Part shown: piece after piece, positions 34,085-44,689 of the stretch
Layout: the number at the start of each line of letters is the position of its first letter
Numbering within the stretch: position 1 is the first letter of the stretch
NCBI GenBank assembly: GCA_951406725.2
Contig: OX597814.1
Span: 70,680,001-70,744,000, forward strand
Length of the DNA stretch: 64,000 nt
Direction: 5' to 3'
Source of the DNA: Octopus vulgaris
Taxonomy: Eukaryota
Made by a program: the position numbers and the translations under genes
The notes under the pieces: generated by a model
The model's database searches: none
What the model saw: only the letters and a program-made list of their open reading frames with translations
What the model was told of the DNA's origin: nothing

Positions 34085-34089
34085 CATAC

Positions 34090-35678
34090 TGATATGACAT
34101 ACGACTTCTCGTCGTCACTGTTATAATATTCAACGTTCTTGATGTTCTCCTATTACTCTCCAACTGTGTATCTTCAACAAGCCCTCCACGATATAGATAT
34201 TTAATAATTCCTACGACCTGTACACTACGACTGCGCATATGACACTCTCCTCAGACTGTTCTGCTCATTTATACTAACTAGTATAATTCACTTAGCCAAT
34301 CTCGGTGATGTACAGATTCTCCATACAACACCTCCCCCTTTGAGATTGACTTTCCCTTTATTTATTTATTTATTTTTATTACTTCATTAGGGAAAAATTG
34401 ACATATTTTCGTTTAGATTCAATCTCTAACATCTGCGTCCGCTTTCTCTTTCTAGATGACTTGCGCAATGGTTCAACCCCTTCCTGCGGCACCGGAATAT
34501 CAAATATGTCATAAGATATTTCCATAGGCTCTTCCTGTGTTTATCGTCCTTCTGTGTATCTCTTTTTTATTTGATTTACATGTCTCTTATGCTCACATGT
34601 TTGCCTTTTCACCATATATTTTACTCTACCAAGACGTTTGGTTATTTGTCCTTGTTCCCAACTTTGCTTTCCATATTTGTACATTTTAAAAAATACTACT
34701 TTCCCTATATTGAAATAGTTTGTATTATTAACAGTATTCTTCTGTATTTGTTGTTTCCTTCCAGGTAACAATTTATCAAATACAGATCGTACCTTTCTGG
34801 CGAACATTAATTCAGCAGATGACATACCCGGCTCTGTGTTGGGGTTTGGCGTTATTCTATAGACGCGTAAAAATTTTGTCCGTGTATTATCCACTAATGA
34901 TTCGTTTCTGGTTTTCCTCAACGCACTTTCAAACGTATCTACGAACCTCTCCGCAAATCCATTTGACCTCGGGTGATATGGCGGGGTAGTGACATGTTCC
35001 ATTTGATGCGTCGTACAAAAATCTTTGAACTCTTTTGCTGTAAATTACGTGCCGTTATCCGACGCTATAGTCTGTGACACATCAAAACGTGCAAATATTT
35101 CATCTAAAAATTCAATAGTCATTTTCGTAGTTGGTTTTCTGCATTTACAAATTTCAGGCCGCTTTGTGTAGCTATCTCCCACTACCAGATGATATACACC
35201 GATTAGTGGTCCTGCAAAATCTATGTGTAGTCTAGACCACGGTATATCTGTCTTTGGCTACGTTTGAATCTTTACTGGCGGGGCCTTAGCTGCCAGGGCG
35301 CATCCCCTGCATGCTTTCACCAGTTTCTGGATATCTTTATCCATTTTAGGCCAATAAGTATAACTCCTCATGAGGGACTTCATCCTTGCAATTCCAGGAT
35401 GGCCTGTATGAAATTCTTTTAGCATTCTATTTTGTAGTACAACAGGTATCTCATCCTCGTTGCCACTGATATGACGTACGACTTCTCATCGTTACTGTTA
35501 TATCTGAACTCTTATAATATGAAACGTTCCTGATGTTCTCTTATTACTTCAACGAGCACTCCACGATATCTCTATTCAATAATTCCTACGACCTGTACAC
35601 TATGACTGCGCATATTACACGCTACTCAGGCTTCTCAGTCCACTTAGCCAATCACGGGGTGTATAGATTCCCCATACA
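34090..35678 (-). mobile_element. Internally deleted Gypsy LTR element: LTR (35467-35678), PBS, integrase only, PPT, LTR (34090-34330)
   Basis: Two homologous LTRs. PBS tggcaacgaggatg at 35452-35465. FHTGHPGIARMK...YWPKM...C..C and PPYHPRSNGFAERFVDTF integrase motifs. PPT aaagggggagg. Confidence 0.88.
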
Positions 35679-35707
35679 TACATACATACATACATACATA
35701 CATACAT

Positions 35708-38700
35708 TATGGCTGCCCCCTCGTTATCGAGTATGGCCATTGCACGAAGCTTAACTGTTACTGGTGCTGTGATCGAATGTGACTTTTTAGCCCAGCTAAA
35801 GATCTACAATGTCTTGTACAGAATTGGCAACTAATACCTTTACCGGTAATAGCCGGCTGTAGTTGTAACTGGGCTTCATGTACCTTTGCATGTCGTTTAA
35901 GACCTCCTGCCGAATTACACTCTCTTCCACATGCCCGACAGATATGATTAGTATGGTGTGTTACACTACCAGTGGCCAGGTTGTCACTCATCTGTCTCGC
36001 TTTATGACTACGAAGATGACTCTTGAGTCCAGTTTTACTGAGGCAGGGTCTTGCACAGACATTGCATGTCAGCATCAAAGGAAGACCCTTCCCATCTGGA
36101 AGTGTAACAGCGACGCCCTTCCTGACATCCCTCCTTACTTTCTCATGTGCAACTCGAGATTTCTCAAAAGTGGCTGTCCCCTCGTGCACAATCCTTCTCC
36201 ACCTGCTACGATAAATAGCTATGCCTTCCCGTGTGTCAGGAAAGATGCAAGCATCTCTTAAGGATGCTTTCAGCAAGTCCTTATACCTCTTTTTTGGTTT
36301 ATGTGGATGTCGTTCTCCTTTAGCTAACTCTCCATAAAAGAGTTGTTTTGGTATCCTTGAATCCTTCATCCTGACCAGATGACCACTCCATCTGAGCCTT
36401 TGCTTTAACATAAGAGCGTCTATACTTTCACACAGAGAGCCTTCCAATATTTCAAGATCACTGATGCGGTCCTTCCACTTAATGCCATAGATCCGTCTGA
36501 GGCACATCTGATGGAAATGCTCCAGTTGTTTAAGGTGGTATCGACATGTGACCCACGTCTTGCAGGCATAAAGAAGAGAAGGGAGCACACATGCCTTGTA
36601 CACCTTTATCTTTGTCTTTCTGCATATGTCTCGCCGACTCCAGAGGCGCTTTTCTAGCCTTCCGAAAGCAACATTTGCTTTCCTAATTCTATATGGAATT
36701 TCATCATCCAAATTGCCATATCTATTAATAGTGCTTCCCAGGTAGACTAACTGATCAACTACATCAAGTCGTTTACCATACACATAGATATTTGGTACAC
36801 TATACTGCTTACCAGTATAGACAACAGTTTTCTTGAGACTGTCAATCCTAAGGCAGTGCAAGCATCAGAGAATGCATTCAAAATGTGTTGCATATCAATC
36901 TCTGTGTGTGCTACTAGCTCACAATCATCAGCATACAAAAGGTCTCTTATGATAGAGGTAAATACCTTTTTTTTTTTGCAGCAAGGCGCCTGATATTAAA
37001 TATGCTGCCAGAGGTTCGAGACCACCATTACTGCATCTCTCCAGTCCTCAGGTACAGATTCACTAGTCCATATCTTACCAAACAAAGAGTGAAGTTTCTG
37101 CAGAAGTTTCTCACAACCATGCTGTAACAACTCCGCATGTATGCCATCCATACCCGGAGACTTCCCATTATTCAACCTTGAGACAGCCATTGCAACTTCT
37201 TCCAACTTTGGTGGTTCTGCGAGTGCTGCCTTCACAGGTAATCCAGGGATGAGATTGAGAACATCCTCACTAACTACAGACTGCTGATTCAAAAGTTCCT
37301 CAAAGTGTTCTTGCCACCTTCGCAGAATTCCTTGTGAATCACGAAGAAGTTCTTTACCATCCCTGCTTCAAAGTGGTGTCATCAGGGAAGACGTCGGTCC
37401 ATAAACTTCTCGCAAGAGATCATACAACAGCTTTGTGTTATTGGAATCTGATGCTGCCTGTATCTCATCAGCCTTCTTACTCCACCACGTATCCCTCATC
37501 TGAGAGAGCCTTTGCCTCACACGAGATTTTACGTCCTTGAGTTCCCTATGCAACACTTCCATTTCCAGTGGCTTTGCTGACAAATAGCGTGACAAAGTGC
37601 GGCTTTTATCAGCCAATAAATCATCTATATGTTCATCATTTTCTTTAAACCAATCTTTCTTGCCTATATCATAAACTGACTTTTTAAGGGTCAGCCAATC
37701 CTCCCCAATATCTGCAGCATTCATTTCCTCTCGTAAAGTTCTCTTCACACTATTACACCTAAGACTATCAACATTCAGTCTTTTAGGCAGGGTGATCCCT
37801 GCAGCTCGGATTTTATGTTTTGTGACTAATTTCACTTTTGCACGTACTAGGCCGTGGTCAGTCCAACACTCAGCTCCACGAAGATTACGAACACACTGCA
37901 CATCCTGTCTGTCACGCACCCTAACTAGGATGTAATCCAGAATATGCCATTCTTTAGATGCAGGGTGCATCCATGTAGTCTTAAGCTTATTCTTTTGTTG
38001 AAACATGGTATTGGTAACACACAGACTCAGTTCCTCACACATCTGCAGCAAAAGCATGCCATTACTGTTACACTTCCCCACCCCATGCTTTCCAATTACA
38101 GTCCATGTGTTAAAATCCCTACCCACTCTAGCATTAAAGTCACCCAGTACGATGACTTTGTCTGCCTGAGGGATATTTCTTATAATGCCCTTCAAAGTAT
38201 AGTAGAAAGAAAGTTTTTCGTCATCAGTATAGCACATAGTTGGAGCATACACACTCATCAAGGTCATATAATTTCCTTTAACCAAAGGAATTCTCGTGGA
38301 CATAAGACTGGGAATTCTTCCAACTTGTCCACAAGAGTAGTCTTAACAGCAAATGCCACTCCAGCTTCTCCGCTAAGCTCTTCATCTCTCCCTTTCCAAA
38401 AGAATGTATATTTTTCACAAGATTCTGTAAGATGACCATCTCCAGGTAATCTCGTCTCAGATAAAGCAACGATGCCAAGATCATAGCGTTGAAGCTCCTT
38501 CGCAACAAGCGCAGTCCTTCTTTCAGGACATTCAGAGGACTTGCGGTCAAGCAGTGCCTGTACATTCCAACAGCCAATATTCAATATTTTCTTTGGTTCT
38601 ATCACAGTAGCATGATGACGGCCGGGTTCAGACTGTGATACTCTGGAGCCCCTGCCGGGCCAGACTCTTTCAGCTGATGTGGTTCCAGAGTCCTTACTGC

Positions 38701-39265
38701 CATTTATTTTTATACTGTTTTGGTACATCATTGATTTTTTGCTTTTTAAGGCTACAGCCAGCCATTCAGTTGAGACTCACAGTGCCATCAACAATCATGA
38801 ATTAGTTAATCAATTTAATCAATCAATCAATGTTGTTATCGTGCAATGTCTGTGCAAAAAGTTTTTTTTTAAGTGAGGAAAGGCTGTGCACTGAGTCAAT
38901 CCCACTCACTAAGCAACAGCAGCCATAACCCGAAAAGAAGAACAAGTCAACATCATCGGTAACCACTGAGCCGCAGGTTTCATGTCGGAGTTATCCCAGT
39001 TACCTTCTCCTAGAAGGATGCCCTAACAAAGGCCAGGAGTTCTTCACTCCCAATGGTTTAACCGCGCGATCGTGTATTCAGTCCAATTATGTCCCCGCGC
39101 ATGATACAGACTTAAGACATTTATTGGATGGCCGTTGACTCTCAAGAGTTCCTCCGCCCTTTGACGGGTTTTGTTTTTCATCCCGCAGGGTGTCCAATAA
39201 ACACCTTCCTCACCAAGCAAGCTTGGTGGTGTTGCCGGTTTAGTCGCCGACGACCCGACCATGCA
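35708..39265 (-). mobile_element. RTE-clade (BovB-like) LINE, near full length with part of the RT deleted, three C-terminal C2H2 fingers
   Basis: IGCWNVQAL...ERRTALVAKELQRY...ALSETR, SVYAPT, GDFNARVG, CWTDH, LRWSGHLVRM..SRIPKQLFYGEL. Flanked on both sides by (CATA)n. Confidence 0.92.
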
Positions 39266-39288
39266 ACATACATACATACATACATACT

Positions 39289-40007
39289 TACAAAATGTTC
39301 CCGGACTAGTTATGTTTATAGTTATATCAAAAAGTTCCCGGACTAGTTATGTTTAATTTTAAAAAAAACTTATTTACCAAAGATTTAACATTATCTCCTT
39401 CGAAATAGTCACCTTGCGCAGCAACACACCTTTTCCAGCGTTCCTGTCACTTTTGGAATCCGGCCTAGTGTTTGCCGTGAGTTGAGGACCTTCTACGATT
39501 CGCTCATGATCTTGACAACGCTCTTAAAACAGCAATCTTTGAGCTGCATTTTCATCTTGGGGAAGAAATAGAAGTACGAAGATGTTAAATCTGGTAAACA
39601 GGACGGGTGCGAAAGCAAGACTATGTTGTTTTTTGGCGAGAAACTCACGAGTTAGACGAGCACAGTGACAGGATGTGTTGTCGTCGTGAAGAATTCAGTT
39701 CTTCGCGTTCCACAGATCCGGTCGCTTCTGCCGAATGTCCTCCCTCAAACGTTTCAAAATGTCGTTAATTGTCCTCCGACGGAAATGTGGAAAAAATTAA
39801 TCAGCTTGTGTATCTTACACAAGCTGATTAATATTTCCACATTTCCGAGGGTGACGCTTGTGACAGGTCCTCCAGATCGCCCATCGTCTTCCAAGGACGT
39901 TATTCCGCTTTTGAAGCGCCCGTGCCACTCGAAACATTGGGTATAACCCATTGCCTCGTCGCCTTAAGCTACAAAACTAGTCCAGGAACTGCTTGATACC
40001 ACCTCGT
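39289..40007 (-). mobile_element. Mariner-type non-autonomous remnant
   Basis: QCFEWHGRFKSGITSLEDDGRSGGP (HTH region); TIR-like gttcccggactag (duplicated at the left end) versus ctagtccaggaac. Confidence 0.75.
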
Positions 40008-40033
40008 ACATACATACATATACATACATACAC

Positions 40034-40101
<68 letters not shown>

Positions 40102-40559
40102 GTGTGTGTGTACAAACATGCACTAGATACATATTTGCGCGGTCGCATGCGCGTGTATATGTATGTGTGGGAGAGGGAAAATGAATGTTGCTGTCATGCT
40201 TGAACGAGGTGTTTCCAAAATTATAGAAACCACAGGAGACTTCTCAAAAGCACCATTCCGGCTCACAAAAAATGACACAGTACATGATACTAAGACCACC
40301 GTTTAATAGGCAACAACTCAATCGATACAGTAAATGTTAATTCACACTGCAGGTGACGTTAATGACACTGCAAACTATTCAACAGAATTTCTCATTTCTC
40401 CTCACGACCTGTAGCTAAAACTATGATCTAACATTACTTACATGCACCAAAACTCTGTACTTATGTCCCATGTTATCGAAGCTGCTGTAATGCCTGTTTT
40501 TTTCCAACAGAAAGCATTTCTACGCTTCTATCAGCCATGTTATTTTGCACCAACTACTT

Positions 40560-40861
40560 TCAGTCTTTTTAGTGACACTCTTTTTCTATGACTATCAACA
40601 CGTCTTAGGGTATTTTGGAAACGATAGTGATGCAAACTCACTATCAACTCCAACAACTAATTTCTCACAGCTGTGCACTTACGTATATCATCTTCACTGT
40701 AAACATGCAAGAACGGAAAGAAGTTCTCGTGACAAAAATATGCACGTGTTCGCGCGCAAAATTCGTTCAATCCTGTTTTTCAGCAAAATATGTAATCCTC
40801 AGGTCTATCCCTGAGACGTGTTGATAGTCATAGGAAAAGACAGTGTCACTAAAAAGACTGA
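40560..40861. repeat. ~52-bp inverted repeat with ~200-bp spacer (MITE-like)
   Basis: tcagtctttttagtgacact...tatcaacacgtcttaggg versus ccctgagacgtgttgata...agtgtcactaaaaagactga. Confidence 0.65.
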
Positions 40862-41041
40862 AACGCTAGTCCGCGGTTTTATATTCCATGTAAGATAGAA
40901 AATAATTTATTTCACTGTTTCTCACTTAAATGAGTGCACACATATACTTACAAAAATGATTTAGCAGTATCCGTAACAGTACACAAGGTATTATATTTTG
41001 TACAAAATGTGTCGAAGGTACTTGAGCGTGTATATATATAT

Positions 41042-41430
41042 ATCATCATCATCATCATCATCATCATCATTTAACGTCCGCTTTCCATGCTAGCATGGGT
41101 TGGACGGTTCAACTGGGGTCTGGGGAGCCCGAAAGCTGCACCAGCCCAGTCAGATCTGGCAGTGTTTCTACAGCTGGATGCCCTTCCTAACGCCAACCAC
41201 TCCGAGAGTGTAGTGGGTGATTTTATGTGCCACCGACACAGGTGCCAGACGAGGCTGGCAAACGGCCACGCTCGGATGGTGTTTTTTATGTGCCACCGAC
41301 ACAGGTGCCAGACGAGGCGCTGGCAGACGGCCACGCTCGGATGGTGTTTTTATGTGCCACCGACACAGGTGCCAGATGAGGCTGGCAAAACGGCCACGAT
41401 CGGATGGTGCTTGTTACGTGCCCACAGCAC
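41042..41430 (-). mobile_element. SINE-like element with (TGA)n tail and an internal ~63-bp tandem repeat (3+ copies)
   Basis: Minus-strand end ccgtccaacccatgctagcatggaaagcggacgttaaa(tga)n; ttttatgtgccaccgacacaggtgccaga at 41221, 41284 and 41348. Confidence 0.7.
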
Positions 41431-41497
41431 ATATATTTATTTATTTTAAAATTATAAGTATATGAAAGAATGGAGTTGAACGACTAGTTAACAAATA

Positions 41498-41594
41498 TCC
41501 TTTATTCCCGACATATGTTTCGAAGGCTGCATATTCCTAATTCCGAAGGAATAAGGAGTACATTATGCAGAATTCTCATCAGGAAAATCAAGGA
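41498..41594 (-). ncRNA. Type I hammerhead ribozyme (left arm)
   Basis: Reverse complement of 41766-41862. Confidence 0.82.
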
Positions 41595-41765
41595 ACTTAT
41601 GTAGACATCAAAATGCACAAAAAACTTTTAGCTGACCGCTCTCAAGGAGCCCATGGCGATAATGAGTGTCTCTTTATAATCTTAAAAGAGACACTCATTA
41701 TCGCCATGGGCTCCTTGAGAGCGGTCAGCTAAAAGTTTTTTGTGCATTTTGATGTCTACATAAGT

Positions 41766-41862
41766 TCCTTGATTTTCCTGATGAGAAATCTGCATAATGT
41801 ACTCCTTATTCCTTCGGAATTAGGAATATGCAGCCTTCGAAACATATGTCGAGAATAAAGGA
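41766..41862 (+). ncRNA. Type I hammerhead ribozyme (right arm), canonical core
   Basis: tccttgattttc CTGATGA gaa..ctgcata...tatgcag..ttc GAAA catatg TC gagaataaagga; GUC at 41848-41850. Confidence 0.82.
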
Positions 41863-42059
41863 TATTTGTTAACTAGTCGTTCAACTCCATTCTTTCATAT
41901 ACTTACAATTTTAAAATAAACATACAAATTTCCACACGAAGACACGTAGTCTATGCCCTAGGGACGTAGCTTCAACCGTGTTCTTTCTGATGTGAATTTG
42001 CTACCCAGGTATCGGTTATCTTTCGAATTATCCTTAATAAGATAATTCATTCAATTACT

Positions 42060-42097
<38 letters not shown>

Positions 42098-42110
42098 CAC
42101 ACACATACAT

Positions 42111-42137
<27 letters not shown>

Positions 42138-42141
<4 letters not shown>

Positions 42142-42486
42142 TAGAGAAAAACCACTATTATGCAATTCAAAGAATGATAGACATAAACCAAATCATAAGT
42201 AAAAATAAAATATATTTTAAAACATATAACTAGATCTCCAAAAGTACAAAATTGAATAAACAATATATAATAATTACAATTATTATAGTAAGCTTTCCAT
42301 TTAACCGTAGATACAAAATCCTTAATATTATTAATAAGTTTTAAAATATATTCTTTCCTAGATGGTATAGGAATATCCTTCAAAGATGAATTCCAAAATA
42401 GCGGTTCTATCTTATCTGTAAGTTCCATAATATACGAAATTGAGATTTAAATGCACTCAGTAAACTTAAGCTATCAATATAATATA

Positions 42487-42543
<57 letters not shown>

Positions 42544-42805
42544 TGATGATGATGATGATGATGATAATAATAATATTAAGAAGTATTACAGGCAAAAATT
42601 CAATTTAGTATTAAATCAAATTTCCCAATATATTTTATTTTGTATTTATGATTTGGTTTATGTCTATCATTGGTTGAATTGCATAATAGTGGTTTTTTCT
42701 CTAATTTATATATATCATATATTTATATTGTGAAATTTGATTTAATACTAATTTGAATTTTTCCCTGTAGGTTTGGAATTATACTCCCTAATATTATAAA
42801 TATAA
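42138..42805. mobile_element. Penelope-like terminal remnant with inverted repeat and N-terminal ORF fragment
   Basis: Minus ORF SLKDIPIPSRKEYILKLINNIKDFVSTVKWKAY resembles PLE N-terminal regions; 42138-42216 is inverted at ~42628-42707. Confidence 0.55.
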
Positions 42806-43035
42806 TATCTAAAGATCATGTACCTCTATGCGACAACGTAAATTTTCATTTAATGAAGATATCCTTGACCTGTAGAGTAGCCTGCGGGAAACATCTCGCT
42901 TGGATATTTACCGGTTCCAAGATTCCGAGCGCTATGAAACATACGTATCCCGAATCTTATCTACTCCATTCCTTAACACTTGTATGTATGTATGTATGTA
43001 TGTATGTATGTATGTATATATATATATATATATAT

Positions 43036-43152
43036 TGGCCTGCTCGCTTAGCCAGCGGGGTGGCGTCATTTAAAGGCTAAAACAATGCGAAACGCATTGT
43101 AACCAGCGATGTGTAGAAACATCTGATAGCCTGATCAATCACGGTGATCACG

Positions 43153-43156
<4 letters not shown>
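43036..43156 (+). mobile_element. Short SINE/LINE 3'-end-like fragment in (TA)n
   Basis: Non-repetitive 120-bp insert ending in tandem tcacggtga x2, with (TA)n on both sides. Confidence 0.4.
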
Positions 43157-43241
<85 letters not shown>

Positions 43242-43245
<4 letters not shown>

Positions 43246-43925
43246 GGACAGAAATTCAAGATCAAATCTAACTTTACTTGTGCCTCTGAAAACATAATTT
43301 ATGTCATAAAATGCTCGGGCTGCCACCAAGACTACGTGAGATCCACGGGACTATCACTCAGACGTAGATGCACACTGCATCGACAACAGATTGCATTCCC
43401 AGAATACAGAATGATACCTTTTAGTGAGCACATTGAGAAATGCGCAAAGCAACTACTACCACAATTTTTAATCTTTCCATTTTACCAATGTGCTATCGGA
43501 TCATCAACACAAATTAGACTAAACAAGGAAACATTCTTCATTGAAAAGTACAAGCCCAGACTTAACCATGCCAACATACTGATACAGAGAAATTCACACC
43601 AAGGGAAAATAAAAAAATTTAAGCGATTATCTCCCTTACACCGGAAAAAATCACTCATTACCTCCCCTTATTTAGAACTCTTTTAAACATAAACATAACG
43701 ATAACTCTATTCAACATAAACATAACGTCGCAAGAAATTTGAAAAGCTAAACGCGAAACCGGTCTTTCTTCTAAATTATGTCATTGTAAGGGAAAAAAAT
43801 TTTTTGTATTCTTCAGACATATTGACGCAAATATATATATTTTTTAACCTTTAAGCCTTCTGTAGTTTTTTCACTTTTTACTATTTTCTATATATTCAAC
43901 CACGTGCTTTCACAAACCAACTTTC
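43242..43925 (+). mobile_element. Penelope-like 3' fragment: GIY-YIG endonuclease, 3'UTR and degenerate HHR (43732-43770)
   Basis: FTCASENIIYVIKCSGCHQDYVRSTGLSLRRRCTLHRQQI...RLNKETFFI...PRLN; downstream aagaaa t TTGAAAA gc taaac gc GAAA ccgg TC tttctt. Confidence 0.85.
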
Positions 43926-43959
43926 TTATATATATATATATATATATACATATATATGA

Positions 43960-44268
43960 ATTAAATTAGAGATAAAACCATTATTAGGCAACTCAAACAG
44001 TGATTGACATAAACCAAAACATAAAAACAAAAAATAAATATAATTAATATAATATATAATTTAAATTTTATATTTTATATATATATTATATATTATATTA
44101 ATTATATTTATTTTTGTTTTTATGTTTTGGTTTATGTCTAACACTGTTTGAGTTGCCTAATAGTGGTTTTATCTCTAATTTAAGTTATATTTATACTCTG
44201 AAATTTGATTTAATCCTAAATCTAATTTTTCCCTGTAAGTTTGGATATACTCCCTAATATTATTAATA
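43960..44268. repeat. AT-rich palindrome (~43960-44183) of the same family as 42138-42805
   Basis: aattagagataaaacca..taggcaactcaaacagtg versus cactgtttgagttgccta..tggttttatctctaatt; the flank matches 42720-42795. Confidence 0.75.
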
Positions 44269-44471
44269 TTATATATATAGAAAACATAAATCCAGAGAAG
44301 AAGCACACTCTAAGATGTAGAGCAGTATTAATTTTTTTACTGAGGAGGGCCAGTTTGTGGGATTACCCTGGATTTCCCATCCATAAAGGTTTTAACTCTA
44401 TGGCGTATCGTCAGACCCCAAAACCGACCTTCCTCAGTAATATATATATGTATACATATACATACACAGAT

Positions 44472-44506
<35 letters not shown>

Positions 44507-44689
44507 CACACATATATAATGGATTAATTACTATGAAGCATTGTGTAGAATATATTGTATAAAGGATCGTGGGTAAGGCCAGGACAATGTGAAGCAAATG
44601 CAAGGCAAATCACAAGAAAAATATATTAATTAATGTAGATTTACCTTGTATTTAATATTTCGGGGTTTTGACCTCATTTTCAAGAAATT

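Larger units (their letters stand above)
41440..41920. repeat. Near-perfect palindrome (~236-bp arms, 9-nt loop) containing hammerhead motifs
   Basis: The arms are reverse complements around loop 41676-41684, with only about 3 mismatches. Confidence 0.95.

Noticed and set aside
35758-36861. Host C2H2 zinc-finger gene
   Set aside because: The fingers are the C-terminus of an RTE ORF2.
41221-41430. ~63-bp repeats as a CRISPR array
   Set aside because: No unique spacers; this is an internal minisatellite of a SINE-like element.
44338-44440. Possible HHR (ctgagga ggg...ccc aaaac)
   Set aside because: GAAA and the NUH site are missing. Only an outer hairpin, tactgagga/tcctcagta, is evident.
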